A DNA stretch of 64,000 nucleotides from a virus. The stretch lies in IMG/VR virus record IMGVR_UViG_3300025687_000022. One strand, 5' to 3'. This document shows positions 1 to 10,502 of this stretch, in pieces. The position numbers and the translations under genes were made by a program. The stretch's first letter is position 1. Each line of letters starts with the position of its first letter. The notes beneath the pieces are model-generated. The model was not told the origin of the DNA. It saw nothing but the letters and a program-made list of their open reading frames with translations, and ran no database searches.

Positions 1-200
1 CTGGTATGTTATAAGTAGTGCCTTCTTTTAATAAAACAGGTAGTTCGTTATCCATCTGTAAAAACCAATTGTTTGATTCTAAAACTTTTATTTTTCTATT
101 TTCACGATCTTGGTGCCAAATTAGCTCTTCAGAGTTTGTAGTTTCTTTAAATTCTCGTAAAAATAGTTGATTACCAACTTTTTGTTCTGTAAATGGATAA

Positions 201-1337
201 TCAGACATTTTGTTTTCCACTCATGTTAAATGGTCTTTCTAAATCTACAATGTTTATCTCTGCGGGCTCATCAGTTAGTTTAAATTTTCTAAAAATGAAA
301 TCTAAATATGTCACAAATCTTGAAATCTCAGTTTCAACTATTTGTTTCATTTCTTGCTCTAACGCCTCTTCGGCTTCTAAGATGGCTATATCGTAATCCT
401 CATTTTCTTCTATATCTTCATCAGAATCAACATCAATCAATTTTTTATAATATTCAAATACTTTTGGTGCTAAAGACTCTCTCATTCTTTGAATGTAATA
501 TTGTCTCTGTATAATATAAATTGGCATTAAAATTTCAGAGATAATCTCTCTTTTTATATTTTCTTTATTGTTGATGTAATTTTCAACTGATTTAATTTTT
601 GTATAAAATGCATTCCTAATTTGGCGGAAAAAAGAATCTGAATTTATTTTGTCATTCTGTATTGTATAGATACTTTTCATATCTTCTGTAAATTTTTGCG
701 AGTCTTCTAGAAAATTATTAAAATTGGTGCTTTTAATTGATAAAGTTTCTCCAAATCCAACAAGAATAAAATCTGAATTTTTATACCCGACTAAGACAGA
801 GCCGTCTTTCCTGCCTGTGAAAACTAATCCATGTATTTTTTGTTTTTCACTTGCATTGTTTTCTAAATATGTTGAAAATGCAAGAGCTTGTTCGCTTGTG
901 AATGGCTTATCTGTTCTGTTGAGCAAACTTGTTTCGTTACAAATCATTTCTAACTCTTCGTCTATAAATAAATCATTTTGTTCTAATTGCTGTTTTAAAT
1001 TATGATTTCTTCCATATACTTTTTTTGCCTCTTTATAATCAAAAATCGCATATTTATTTAAATTTTTAACTTCAAATTTAAAAACAAAATCACCATATTC
1101 ATATAAGAGATCATTTGAATTTCTAACGGTATAAATACCACGACCATAAAGGTCGCCCTCGCCTGGAATAAACCCTTTTTCTCTTAACGTTTCTATTCTA
1201 TTTAAAATTTCGTTTTTTTGAAGACTTTCATTTCCTCTAGAGCCTTTACCGAAAGCATGATAAACAATAGCTTTATTTTCAAATGGTATAATCTCTTCAG
1301 AGATAAACTGTCGCCAATTTTCAAATAGAAGCTTCAT
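201..1337 (-). CDS. Leader-bearing protein with possible ADP-ribosyltransferase (PARP-like H-Y) N-terminal domain
   Basis: 378 aa; starts MKLLFENWRQFISEE; VYHAF...KGF...GDLYGRGIYT resembles the H...G-x-x-Y-G-x-G-I-Y motif of PARP/ART folds. Confidence 0.45.
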   Translation of the reverse strand: MKLLFENWRQFISEEIIPFENKAIVYHAFGKGSRGNESLQKNEILNRIETLREKGFIPGEGDLYGRGIYTVRNSNDLLYEYGDFVFKFEVKNLNKYAIFDYKEAKKVYGRNHNLKQQLEQNDLFIDEELEMICNETSLLNRTDKPFTSEQALAFSTYLENNASEKQKIHGLVFTGRKDGSVLVGYKNSDFILVGFGETLSIKSTNFNNFLEDSQKFTEDMKSIYTIQNDKINSDSFFRQIRNAFYTKIKSVENYINNKENIKREIISEILMPIYIIQRQYYIQRMRESLAPKVFEYYKKLIDVDSDEDIEENEDYDIAILEAEEALEQEMKQIVETEISRFVTYLDFIFRKFKLTDEPAEINIVDLERPFNMSGKQNV

Positions 1338-1348
1338 TGTGTCATACC

Positions 1349-1930
1349 TTACCAGAATCTACCGGGGACATTTGTACCAAAGTCTTTATGAGCCCTGCAA
1401 GCCCAATAACCGGGTTTTGTTTTATCTTTTTTCTGATCGCACTTGTGCCTTGCAGCAAAACTTTTACGAGCTTCTGGGTCGTTCCAGTTGCCTTTTAGAC
1501 CACCTTTTGCGTCACCATAAGTAACTTTCTTGACATTACCTGTTTTTGGATCGCGAACATAAACTTTATATTTCTTTCCTGAACCAGTATTTTTGGTTGG
1601 CTTGTTTAGTGGCGGGTCTTTTTTCTTGGACTCTTCTTCTAAAACTTCATCGTACATTGGAAAATCAAGCGGGACTCTTTCACCTTCAAATATCGCCCAC
1701 TCACCTAAATCGGTATGCTTGAGGGTATGAAGATCAATTAACTGAGGATTAATTTCTTTATTCTCGTACATCTTTCTTGCTTCGTGAATAACACGAAAAT
1801 AGTTATCAGACCCAATACGATAAATATTTCTTGAAAAAGGAATCTTATTTTCAAGATGGTAGTCTACCATTTCAATAGCTTCGGTTTCTTCTTTAATTAT
1901 TTGCTTTAATTTAGCTTCTGTTATTTTCAT
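1349..1930 (-). CDS. Conserved large-phage hypothetical protein (DUF6321-like C-terminus) with MKIT leader
   Basis: KKYKVYVRDPKTGNVKKVTYGD...RKSFAARHKC...PGYWAC motif; MKITEAKLKQIIKEE start. Confidence 0.6.
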   Translation of the reverse strand: MKITEAKLKQIIKEETEAIEMVDYHLENKIPFSRNIYRIGSDNYFRVIHEARKMYENKEINPQLIDLHTLKHTDLGEWAIFEGERVPLDFPMYDEVLEEESKKKDPPLNKPTKNTGSGKKYKVYVRDPKTGNVKKVTYGDAKGGLKGNWNDPEARKSFAARHKCDQKKDKTKPGYWACRAHKDFGTNVPGRFW

Positions 1931-2952
1931 GGTTGGTTTCCTTTGGATACGTTTAAAACTTCCATAAAATGTTCGTATGCTGTGCCGTAGTATTCAGAAG
2001 ATTGAAACAATCTTCGTAGTACTCGTGGCAGCGACTCACAGAAGGTGAGATCAAGGCTCGTCAGGTTCGTACAGCCCGCCAGACCGTCTACGTTCTCCAG
2101 CGACGTGCACCAGTAAGCGTCGAGGGTCGTCAGATTCGTACAGCCCGCCAGACCGTCTACGTTCTGCAGTGACCTACACCGGCTGAGGTCGAGGTCCGTC
2201 AGGTTCGTAAGCCCCTGGAGCCCGTCTACGTTCTGAAGCGACTTGCAATTGCTGAGGTCGAGACTCGTCAGGTTCGTAAACCCCTGGAGTGCATCTACGT
2301 TCTGAAGCGACTTGTTCCCGGTGAGGAAGAGGCTCGTCAAGTTCGTAAGCCCCTGGAGCCCGTCTACGTTCTGCAGCGACGAGCACCTTTCGAGGTTGAG
2401 GTCCGTCAGGTTCGTAAGCCCCTGGAGCCCATTTACGTTCTGCAGCGACGAGCACCATCCGAGGTCGAGGCTCGTCAGGCTCGTGCAGCCCTTTAGCCCG
2501 TCTACGTTCTCCAGCGAATAGCAATGGTTGATGTCGAGGCTCGTCAGGCTCGTAAGCCCCTGGAGTCCGTCCACATTACGCAGCGAATTGCAATAGCTGA
2601 GGTCTATTTTTGTTGTAACGTTTAGTTCACGTAAGCCTGACAAGAAATTAACATTTTCTTCTTCTATATCTGACTCTGCAAACTGATCAATTACTTCTAG
2701 CTTTTTTAAGATTTCGCTATTTCCTGCTGGATCGCTGGCTTTAATTACGTCTTTGTACAGTAAATAAACCTCTACTCCTTGTGCAAACTCCCAAGGATCA
2801 TTTGAAGATAGAAGTCTTATTATTTTTTGTGCCGGCGTAAGTTCTTCCTCTTCTTCATAATCATAATCATCATCATATTCGTCTTCTTCAATAAGAAGCT
2901 TAACAACTTCTTCTTTGATGATCTGATTCAATTTTGATTTAGTTATTTTCAT
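1927..2952 (-). CDS. Leucine-rich repeat protein (LRR-1, ~9 modules, cap type A)
   Basis: 23-aa repeats LTxLxLxxCxSLQNVDGLxGxTN; MKIT leader; acidic linker. Confidence 0.9.
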   Translation of the reverse strand: MKITKSKLNQIIKEEVVKLLIEEDEYDDDYDYEEEEELTPAQKIIRLLSSNDPWEFAQGVEVYLLYKDVIKASDPAGNSEILKKLEVIDQFAESDIEEENVNFLSGLRELNVTTKIDLSYCNSLRNVDGLQGLTSLTSLDINHCYSLENVDGLKGCTSLTSLDLGWCSSLQNVNGLQGLTNLTDLNLERCSSLQNVDGLQGLTNLTSLFLTGNKSLQNVDALQGFTNLTSLDLSNCKSLQNVDGLQGLTNLTDLDLSRCRSLQNVDGLAGCTNLTTLDAYWCTSLENVDGLAGCTNLTSLDLTFCESLPRVLRRLFQSSEYYGTAYEHFMEVLNVSKGNQP

Positions 2953-3806
2953 CCTTTTTTACCTGATTTTGATTTCTTGCCCCAATTTCCACGCTCTCCA
3001 CAAGCTGATGGTGTTGGTCTGCAAGAAGGATATTTAGATCTTTTTTCATCTCCAGACCTACCGCATGGAGAGCACTTCTTTTTGCCTGTCTTTTCGTCCT
3101 TTCTGCAAGTGTTGCAATCAACCCAGCCACCTTTCTTTCCAGGTGCTCCTTTACGACCAAACCAATCGCGAAGAGAAGTTTCAGATGATGGCTTCTTAGT
3201 TAGTTTTCTTTTTTTTTCATTTAGCTCTTTTTGTATTTCTTCGTCAATAAGAGAACTAAGAAAATCTGCCTGAGAGCCATGCTTTTTAACAGAATCTTCA
3301 AGTTGACCAATAATTTCTTTTATTTTCTTAATATCTTGGTCGGACATTTCTTTGCTTTCAAAAACTTTATTTATTTCTTCATCAATTATTTGATCGAGAT
3401 GCTCAAAATCAATAGATTCTTTTTTGGAATTGCCCCAATTTTTAGCACCTACTTTACGACATTTAACAAGTGCCCCTGAAGCGTATGCAGATGGCCAAAC
3501 TTTATAACGAGATTTAACTTTATGATAACAAGCATCTTTCTTTCCTGAAGAATTCTTTTTCTTTTTTCTATCAGCTACCTTGCGAGCACGTTTCTTGCCC
3601 TTTTGTTGCTTTTTCTTTTTCTCGTTTATTTCTTCTTCCTCAAGAGTGGCGGTGCCTCCTGCTTTTTTATAAAGTTGAGATGCTTCTTCTTTTGAGATCA
3701 TGCCAAGTCGAAGCATTTTTTTAATAGCTTCTCTTTGCCTTTGTTTTCTTTCCTCGTTAGAACGAGTAATTTCTTCTTCGTTAATATCACCATATAAATC
3801 TTGCAT
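2949..3806 (-). CDS. Conserved phage hypothetical protein (basic, Cys-containing)
   Basis: DACYHKVKSRYKVWPSAYASGALVKCRK and LRDWFG...GGWVDC...KYPSCRP motifs I recognise from large marine phages. Confidence 0.6.
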   Translation of the reverse strand: MQDLYGDINEEEITRSNEERKQRQREAIKKMLRLGMISKEEASQLYKKAGGTATLEEEEINEKKKKQQKGKKRARKVADRKKKKNSSGKKDACYHKVKSRYKVWPSAYASGALVKCRKVGAKNWGNSKKESIDFEHLDQIIDEEINKVFESKEMSDQDIKKIKEIIGQLEDSVKKHGSQADFLSSLIDEEIQKELNEKKRKLTKKPSSETSLRDWFGRKGAPGKKGGWVDCNTCRKDEKTGKKKCSPCGRSGDEKRSKYPSCRPTPSACGERGNWGKKSKSGKKG

Positions 3807-3862
3807 AGTTTTGGTATCCTTGCTTTAAATAGTTAGCAGTCAAAGGACAATACAAAAAAATA

Positions 3863-4795
3863 TTATCCTTTTAAAACTTCCATAAACTGCTCGTATGCTG
3901 TGCCACTGCTATCAGATTCAAACCTTTCTTGTAATTCTGGTGGTAGCGATGAGCACTCTATGAGGGAGAGGCTCGTCAGGTTCGTGCAGCCCTTCAACCC
4001 ATCTACGTTCTGCAGCGAATTGCAGAAGCCGAGGTTGAGGTACATCAGGTTCGTGCATTCCTTTAGCCCGTCTACGTTCTCCAGCGACTCGCAGAAGCTG
4101 AGGTAGAGGTACATCAGGTTCGTGCATTCCTTTAGCCCGTCCACGTTCTGCAGCGACTTGCACCTGTTGAGGTTGAGCCAATTCAAGTTCGTACAGCCCG
4201 CCAGCCCGTCTACGTTCTGCAGCAACTCGCATTTGTAGAGGTTGAGGTCCGTCAGGTTCGTGAGTCCTTGGAGCCCGTCTACGTTCTCCAGCGACGTGCA
4301 CCCGTTGAGTTTGAGGCTCGTCAGGTTCTTGCAAAACCTTAAAAAATCAACGTTTGTGATAAAATCATTTGCAATATTAAGTCTCTCAATCTGATCAAGC
4401 ATATTTTTAACACGATCAGATTTTTCAGCAAAATAGTTTAAAATCATCCCAAGTTGTTGCGGAACAATTTCTTGCGGAAGATCAAATCCTTGTGTAGTTA
4501 TTGAATTACTTTTTGAGTCGAAAACGAAATGACTTGCAATTGTATCGATGAGTTGTTGATATTCGAGTTGTGAAAATCCAGGTTGTGGATCTTCAAGGGC
4601 GTCAAGAATTGAAAGACCTTGCTGTACATTAGCAGAATCATCTGAAATTAGAAGCTTGATTATTTTTTGTGCGTAAGTAAGTTCTTCTTCTTCGTAATCA
4701 TAATCATCATAATCATCATATTCGTCTTGTTCAACAAGAAGCTTAACAACTTCTTCTTTGATTATTTGCTTTAGTTTAGTTTTGGTGATTTTCAT
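3863..4795 (-). CDS. LRR protein (LRR-2, ~6 modules, cap type B)
   Basis: 23-aa LRR modules; MKIT leader. Confidence 0.9.
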   Translation of the reverse strand: MKITKTKLKQIIKEEVVKLLVEQDEYDDYDDYDYEEEELTYAQKIIKLLISDDSANVQQGLSILDALEDPQPGFSQLEYQQLIDTIASHFVFDSKSNSITTQGFDLPQEIVPQQLGMILNYFAEKSDRVKNMLDQIERLNIANDFITNVDFLRFCKNLTSLKLNGCTSLENVDGLQGLTNLTDLNLYKCELLQNVDGLAGCTNLNWLNLNRCKSLQNVDGLKECTNLMYLYLSFCESLENVDGLKECTNLMYLNLGFCNSLQNVDGLKGCTNLTSLSLIECSSLPPELQERFESDSSGTAYEQFMEVLKG

Positions 4796-5742
4796 GGTTG
4801 GTTTCCTTTAGATGCATTTAAAGCTTTCATAAACTGTTCGTATGCTGTGCCGCTGCTATCAGTTCCAAAATATTTTTGCAATTTTATTGGCAGCGACTTG
4901 CACCCTTCGAGGCTGAGGCTTATCAGATTCGTGCAGTCCTCCAGACCGTCTACGTTCTGCAACGACTCGCACCTGTAGAGGTCGAGTTCCGTCAGGTTCG
5001 TGCATTCCTTTAACCCGTCTACGTTCTCCAGCGACTCGCACCCTTCGAGGGTGAGGTGCGTCAGGTTCGTGCATTCCTTTAGCCCGTCTACGTTCTGCAG
5101 CGACTTGCACCCTTGGAGGTCGAGGGTCGTCAGACTCGCACAGCCCCCCAGCCCATCTACGTTCTGCAGCTTATCGCACCCGTTGAGATAGAGGGTCGTC
5201 AGGTTCGAGCAGCCCTTCAGCGCGTCTACGTTCTCCAGCGACTTACATTCACTGAGGTCGAGCCACGTCAGGTTCGTAAGCCCCTCCAGCCCGTCTACGT
5301 TCTCCAGCGAGTTGCAGAAGCCGAGGTCGAGCCTCCACAGGTTCGTAAGCCCCTGGAGTCCGTCCACGTTCTGCAGTGATTTGCACCCTTCGAGGATGAT
5401 TTTTTCTGTAACGTTTAGAACACTTAAGCCCGACAAGAAATTAACGTTTTGTATGTCTGGCGACCTTGCAAACTGATCAATCACTCTTAATTTTTCTAAG
5501 ATCTGATTATTTCCTGCTGGATCGCTGGCTTCAATATCGTCTTTGAAAAGTAAATAAACCTCTAATCCTTGTGCAAAAGTGCCAGGATCAGGTGAAGATA
5601 GAAGTCTGATTATTTTTTGTGCGTAAGTAAGTTCTTCTTCCTCTTCTTCGTAATCATAATCATCATATTCGTCTTGTTCAATAAGAAGCTTAACTACTTC
5701 TTCTTTGATGATTTGCTTTAAAGTTGCTTTAGTGATTTTCAT
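4792..5742 (-). CDS. LRR protein (LRR-3, ~8 modules, cap type A)
   Basis: 23-aa LRR modules; ATGA overlaps with both neighbours. Confidence 0.9.
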   Translation of the reverse strand: MKITKATLKQIIKEEVVKLLIEQDEYDDYDYEEEEEELTYAQKIIRLLSSPDPGTFAQGLEVYLLFKDDIEASDPAGNNQILEKLRVIDQFARSPDIQNVNFLSGLSVLNVTEKIILEGCKSLQNVDGLQGLTNLWRLDLGFCNSLENVDGLEGLTNLTWLDLSECKSLENVDALKGCSNLTTLYLNGCDKLQNVDGLGGCASLTTLDLQGCKSLQNVDGLKECTNLTHLTLEGCESLENVDGLKECTNLTELDLYRCESLQNVDGLEDCTNLISLSLEGCKSLPIKLQKYFGTDSSGTAYEQFMKALNASKGNQP

Positions 5743-6638
5743 GGTTGGTTTCCTTTGGATGCATTTAAAGCTTTCATAAACTGTTCGTATGCTGTGCCGA
5801 TGTGCTCAAAAGAATGAAAAGATCTTTGCAGTGCTCGCGGCAGCGACTCGCACCCGTTGAGGAAGAGGCTCGTCAGATTCGTGCAGCCCTTCAGCGCGTC
5901 TACGTTCTGCAGCGACGTGCACCCGCTAAGGTCGAGGCTTTTCAGGTTCGTAAGCCCCTGGAGCCCGCCTACGTTCTGCAGCGACTCGCATCTGTTGAGG
6001 TAGAGGGACGCCAGATTCGTACAGCCCTCCAGCCCGTCTATGTTCTGTAGCGACGTGCACCAGCTGAGGTCGAGTTCCGTCAGGTTCGTGCATTCTTTTA
6101 GCCCGTCTACGTTCTGCAGCGACTCGCACCCGCTGAGGTGGAGCCAATCCAGATTCATAAGCCCCTGGAGCCCGTCTACGTTCTGCAGCGAATCGCACCT
6201 GCTGAGGTCGAGTTCCGTCAGGTTCGTGAGCCTTTGGGGCTCGTCTACGTTCTGGAACCCGTCTACGTTCTTCAGCGACTCGCACCCGCTGAGGTCTATT
6301 TCTTCTGTGACGTTTAGATCACTTAAGACTGACAAGGAACCAACGTCTGGTATATCTGACCCTGCAAACTGATCAATCACTCTTAGCTTTTCTAAGATTT
6401 GGCTATTTTCTGTTTGAGCGTTAGCTTCAATATCGTCTTTGACCAAAGAATAAATCTCTACTCCTTGTGCAAAAGTGTCAGGATCTTTTGAAGATAGAAA
6501 TCTGATTATTTTTTGTGCCGGCGTAAGTTCTTCTTCTTCGTAATCATAATCATCATAATCATATTCGTCTTGCTCAACAAGAAGCTTAACAACTTCTTCT
6601 TTGATTATTTGCTTTAAAGTTGATTTGGTTATTTTCAT
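5739..6638 (-). CDS. LRR protein (LRR-4, ~7 modules, cap type A)
   Basis: 23-aa LRR modules. Confidence 0.9.
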   Translation of the reverse strand: MKITKSTLKQIIKEEVVKLLVEQDEYDYDDYDYEEEELTPAQKIIRFLSSKDPDTFAQGVEIYSLVKDDIEANAQTENSQILEKLRVIDQFAGSDIPDVGSLSVLSDLNVTEEIDLSGCESLKNVDGFQNVDEPQRLTNLTELDLSRCDSLQNVDGLQGLMNLDWLHLSGCESLQNVDGLKECTNLTELDLSWCTSLQNIDGLEGCTNLASLYLNRCESLQNVGGLQGLTNLKSLDLSGCTSLQNVDALKGCTNLTSLFLNGCESLPRALQRSFHSFEHIGTAYEQFMKALNASKGNQP

Positions 6639-7687
6639 AATGAGTTCCTTTTAGATGCTTTTAGGGCTTCCATAAACTTCTCGTGTGCTGTGCCACTGCT
6701 ATCAGTTGCAAAATATTCTTGCAATTCTGGTGGCAGCGACGAACACCAGCTGAGTTCGAGAATCGTGAGCTTTGTAAGCCCCTGGAGTGCATCTACGTTC
6801 TGCAGCGACTCGCAACCGGCGAGGTTCAGGGTCGTCAGGTTCGTAAGCCCTTGGAGCCCGTCTACGTTCTGCAGCGACGAGCACATGTTGAGGTAGAGGG
6901 TCGTCAGGTTCGTAAGCCCCTGGAGCCCATCCACGTTCTGCAGCGACTTGCACCCTTGGAGGTCGAGGGTCGTCAGGTTCGTAAGCCCCTGGAGCCCATT
7001 TATGTTCTGCAGTGACTTGCACCCTCTGAGGTAGAGGGTCGCCAGGTTCATAAGCCCCTGGAGTGAATCTACGTTCTGCAGCGACGTGCACCCGCTGAGG
7101 TCGAGGGTCGTCAGGTTCGTGCAGCCCTCCAGCCCGTCTACGTTCTGCAGCGACGTGCACTCGTAGAGGTTGAGGGTCGTCAGGTTCGTGCAGCCCTTCA
7201 GCCCATTTACGTTCTGCAGCGACTCGCACCAGCCGAGGTTGAGGCGCGTCAGGTTCGTGCAAAACCTTAAAAAATCAACGTTTGTGATAAAATCATTAAG
7301 ATAGAACACCAGATTCTCAATCTGAGCAAGCATATCTTTAAAATGATCAGATTTTTCAGCAAAATAGTTTAAAATCATCTCAAGGGTTTCATTTGGGATC
7401 TTAAATCTTCGAATAGTTATTCTGCCGCCTGATCTAAAATCGATATAACTTGCAATTGTATCGATGAGTTGTTGATCTTCAAGAGCGTCAAGAATTGTAA
7501 GACCTTGTTCTACATTAGCAGAATCATCTGAAGATAGAAGCTTGATTATTTTTTGTGCCGGTGTAAGTTCTTCTTCTTCTTCTTCATAATCATCATCATA
7601 ATAATCATCATATTCGTCTTGCTCAACAAGAAGCTTAACAACTTCTTCTTTGATTATTTGCTTTAACTTAGTTTTAGTGATTTTCAT
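6635..7687 (-). CDS. LRR protein (LRR-5, ~8 modules, cap type B)
   Basis: 23-aa LRR modules. Confidence 0.9.
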   Translation of the reverse strand: MKITKTKLKQIIKEEVVKLLVEQDEYDDYYDDDYEEEEEELTPAQKIIKLLSSDDSANVEQGLTILDALEDQQLIDTIASYIDFRSGGRITIRRFKIPNETLEMILNYFAEKSDHFKDMLAQIENLVFYLNDFITNVDFLRFCTNLTRLNLGWCESLQNVNGLKGCTNLTTLNLYECTSLQNVDGLEGCTNLTTLDLSGCTSLQNVDSLQGLMNLATLYLRGCKSLQNINGLQGLTNLTTLDLQGCKSLQNVDGLQGLTNLTTLYLNMCSSLQNVDGLQGLTNLTTLNLAGCESLQNVDALQGLTKLTILELSWCSSLPPELQEYFATDSSGTAHEKFMEALKASKRNSL

Positions 7688-8853
7688 GGTTGGTTTCCTT
7701 TGGATGCGTTCAAAGCTTTCATAAACTTCTCATGCGCTGTGCTACTGTTATCAGATTCAAACAATTTTTGTAATCCTAATGGCAGCGACCTGCACCTGTA
7801 GAGGTCGAGGCTTTTCAGGTTCGTGCAGCCCTTCAGCCCGTCTACGTTCTGCAGTGACCTGCAATAGCGGAGGTCGAGGCTCGTCAGGTTCGTGCAGCCC
7901 TCCAGACCGTCTACGTTCTGCAGAGACTCGCAGAAGCGGAGGTCGAGGGTCGTCAGGTTCGTGCAGCCCTTCAGCCCGTCTACGTTTTCCAGCGAACTGC
8001 AATAGCGGAGGTCGAGGCTCGTCAGGTTCGTGCATTCCTTTAGCCCGTCTACGTTCTCCAGCGACTTGCACTCGTAGAGGGTGAGGGTCGTCAGGTTCGT
8101 GCATTCCTTTAACCCGTCTACGTTCTGCAGCGACCTGCACCAGCTGAGGTCGAGGGTCGTCAGATTCGTGCAGCCCTCCAGCACATCTACGTTCTCCAGC
8201 GACGTGCACCTGTTGAGGTCGAGTTTCGTCAGGTTCGGTAGGGACTTCAAGACACCGAGCGCCCCAAGAGACTGCAGCGCCGTGAACGTGCCTCCGCCGA
8301 GGTAGAGGGTCGTCAGGTTCGTAAGCCCCTGGAGCCCGTCTACGTTCTGCAGCTTCTCACACCAGTAGAGGTCGAGTTCCGTCAGGTTCGTACAGCCCGC
8401 CAACCCGTTTACGTTCTCCAGCGAATCGCACTCGTAGAGGCGCAGGATCGCCAGACTCGCACAGCCCTTCAGCCCGTCTATGTTCTGCAGTGACTTGCAA
8501 GAGCTAAGGTCTATTTGCTCTGTAATATTTATCTCTTTTAAACCTGACAAGAAGTCCACGTTTTGTATATCTGACAATGCAAACTGATCAATTACTTGTA
8601 GCTTTGCTATAATCTCATCATTTTCTGTTGGAGCGTTAACTTCAATTTCGTCTTTGACCAATGAATAAATCTCTACTCCTTGTGCAAAAGTGTCAGGATC
8701 ATTTGAAGATAGAAATCTTATTATTTTTTGTGCGTAAGTAAGTTCTTCCTCATCATCATAATCATCATAATCATCATATTCGTCTTGTTCAATAAGAAGC
8801 TTAACAACTTCTTCTTTGATTATTTGCTTTAACTTAGTTTTAGTGATTTTCAT
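7684..8853 (-). CDS. LRR protein (LRR-6, ~11 modules, cap type A)
   Basis: 23-aa LRR modules plus one atypical longer module (GGGTFTALQSLGALGVLKSLPN). Confidence 0.9.
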   Translation of the reverse strand: MKITKTKLKQIIKEEVVKLLIEQDEYDDYDDYDDEEELTYAQKIIRFLSSNDPDTFAQGVEIYSLVKDEIEVNAPTENDEIIAKLQVIDQFALSDIQNVDFLSGLKEINITEQIDLSSCKSLQNIDGLKGCASLAILRLYECDSLENVNGLAGCTNLTELDLYWCEKLQNVDGLQGLTNLTTLYLGGGTFTALQSLGALGVLKSLPNLTKLDLNRCTSLENVDVLEGCTNLTTLDLSWCRSLQNVDGLKECTNLTTLTLYECKSLENVDGLKECTNLTSLDLRYCSSLENVDGLKGCTNLTTLDLRFCESLQNVDGLEGCTNLTSLDLRYCRSLQNVDGLKGCTNLKSLDLYRCRSLPLGLQKLFESDNSSTAHEKFMKALNASKGNQP

Positions 8854-9905
8854 GGTTGGTTTCCTTGCATAATAGCATTTCTTAGATCATTATTTATTGT
8901 TTTACACAGATACCTGCCTTTTAATCCAAGTCTTTGCCAATTTTGAAGCCAATAAGACTCTAACTCTTGAGGAATATATCCGCATCTTTCGCTAGCACCA
9001 GTTGTAGGATTAATTTCTTTATTTCCGTTTGTTGAATCAAGAATGCGAAGATACATATCATAAATATTTGCTTTTTCTTGTTCGGAAGTATTAGCTTCTA
9101 TCCAATCATAAAGGCTGTTGAAGTTGAGCAAATCTTCACGCGAAATAGGAGCCCCATAAATTTTTTGAAGCAGCTGTAGAGCCTCTGAAGGGCTGTGAGC
9201 GACCTTTTGACCTGTGCTTTTATCAAATACGCCCTCTACGTGGTTAAACGAATAGTTTTTGGCTCCAAACATAGACAAAACAAGCTGTGTTCTATGTAAG
9301 CCTTTTAACATTGGTTGTGTTTCAGAGGGAAAATCAGAAAAATAAGAAAAAGTAAGCCAATTTTTGTTTCCAAGCATCCAATCCATTTGAACACCGATAT
9401 CTTGTTGCTCTCCAGCTTCATTATGTTGAGGAAAAAGAGTGAACATGTTGCCAGGACGCACTTTTTTTAAATCACTAATGATTAAAGTAGAGTTCTCGCC
9501 AATATATTTGGCAAGTTCGTATAAAAATGCTCTTAACTCAACTTGTTCTGGCGTTGCTGTTCTTGCACGCTTAACAAATCTTTGATAAGTTGCTTTCCAG
9601 TCGTCTGGGTTTAAATTCCAGCTTTGTAGAGCCTCATCAGTAACCTTTTTATCTGGAAAAAGATCAGAAACATCAACAGCAAGGTCAATATCGCCTGATT
9701 TTGCTTTTTTGCCGACTGATCCAAGGGGCTCAAAAGTTTGAAATAAACTAGAATGCTGCGGAAACAGCCTTGATAGCTCTTCATAATACTTTTCAAGTGT
9801 TGGCTGAATATAACCAAGAGGAATTGGACCTACAGATTGGTCCTGAAAAACATTTCCACCTTCTGTAATCAAAAATCTCCTCCAATTTTCAAATAACTTT
9901 TGCAT
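8850..9905 (-). CDS. Pol-beta superfamily nucleotidyltransferase-like protein
   Basis: LGSVGKK..SGDIDLAVD (GS...DxD) motif; MQKLFENWRRFLITE leader. Confidence 0.65.
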   Translation of the reverse strand: MQKLFENWRRFLITEGGNVFQDQSVGPIPLGYIQPTLEKYYEELSRLFPQHSSLFQTFEPLGSVGKKAKSGDIDLAVDVSDLFPDKKVTDEALQSWNLNPDDWKATYQRFVKRARTATPEQVELRAFLYELAKYIGENSTLIISDLKKVRPGNMFTLFPQHNEAGEQQDIGVQMDWMLGNKNWLTFSYFSDFPSETQPMLKGLHRTQLVLSMFGAKNYSFNHVEGVFDKSTGQKVAHSPSEALQLLQKIYGAPISREDLLNFNSLYDWIEANTSEQEKANIYDMYLRILDSTNGNKEINPTTGASERCGYIPQELESYWLQNWQRLGLKGRYLCKTINNDLRNAIMQGNQP

Positions 9906-9947
9906 TTCTATAATAATCCTAAAATTAAATCAACCAAAGCTTCTACA

Positions 9948-10502
9948 TCATCTGGATTGGGCTTTATGTTCAATATTTTCTTGTAAATATTCATCATAAT
10001 CAGCAGAATCTTCAAAAGCTTCTGTTGCCGTCTTGATATTTTCTGGTTTTAAAGCTATTTTCCACTCTTTTCCATCTCTGCGAGCACCATACATAGCAGA
10101 ACTACCAGGAATTTCTGGATCTGAATAAAAAACAATCCCTGGTGGTATTTGCATATCACTTACAGACACTATTAGTAGATCGTACTCTTGTGGATCGCCA
10201 GAAGATATACCCCCTATGATCGCATCAATTTGTCCAGACCGCGAAAATGCTTGACCAAGTGCTTCGTTAAAGTCTTTAAAAAAATAAATACGATATTCTA
10301 TCTCGCCTTTTTCATTTCGATAGAATTTATCTTTATCTTTAGGCTTATTATAAGATTTTAAAGTGTCAGCACGCACTTTTGTAACGTGATAAATCGGGGA
10401 TCCGACCATATCTATATTACCAAGCCGTTCTCCAAAATTTGAGAACGGCTCTTCAACGCCTTCTTTTAAGAAAATTCTCCAAGAATCATAAATTTTTTTC
10501 AT
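9948..10502 (-). CDS. Leader-bearing hypothetical protein (possibly ART-like: IYHVT...RIYF)
   Basis: Probable start MKKIYDSWRIFLKE; weak YH-x-T / IYF motif. Confidence 0.4.
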   Translation of the reverse strand: MKKIYDSWRIFLKEGVEEPFSNFGERLGNIDMVGSPIYHVTKVRADTLKSYNKPKDKDKFYRNEKGEIEYRIYFFKDFNEALGQAFSRSGQIDAIIGGISSGDPQEYDLLIVSVSDMQIPPGIVFYSDPEIPGSSAMYGARRDGKEWKIALKPENIKTATEAFEDSADYDEYLQENIEHKAQSR

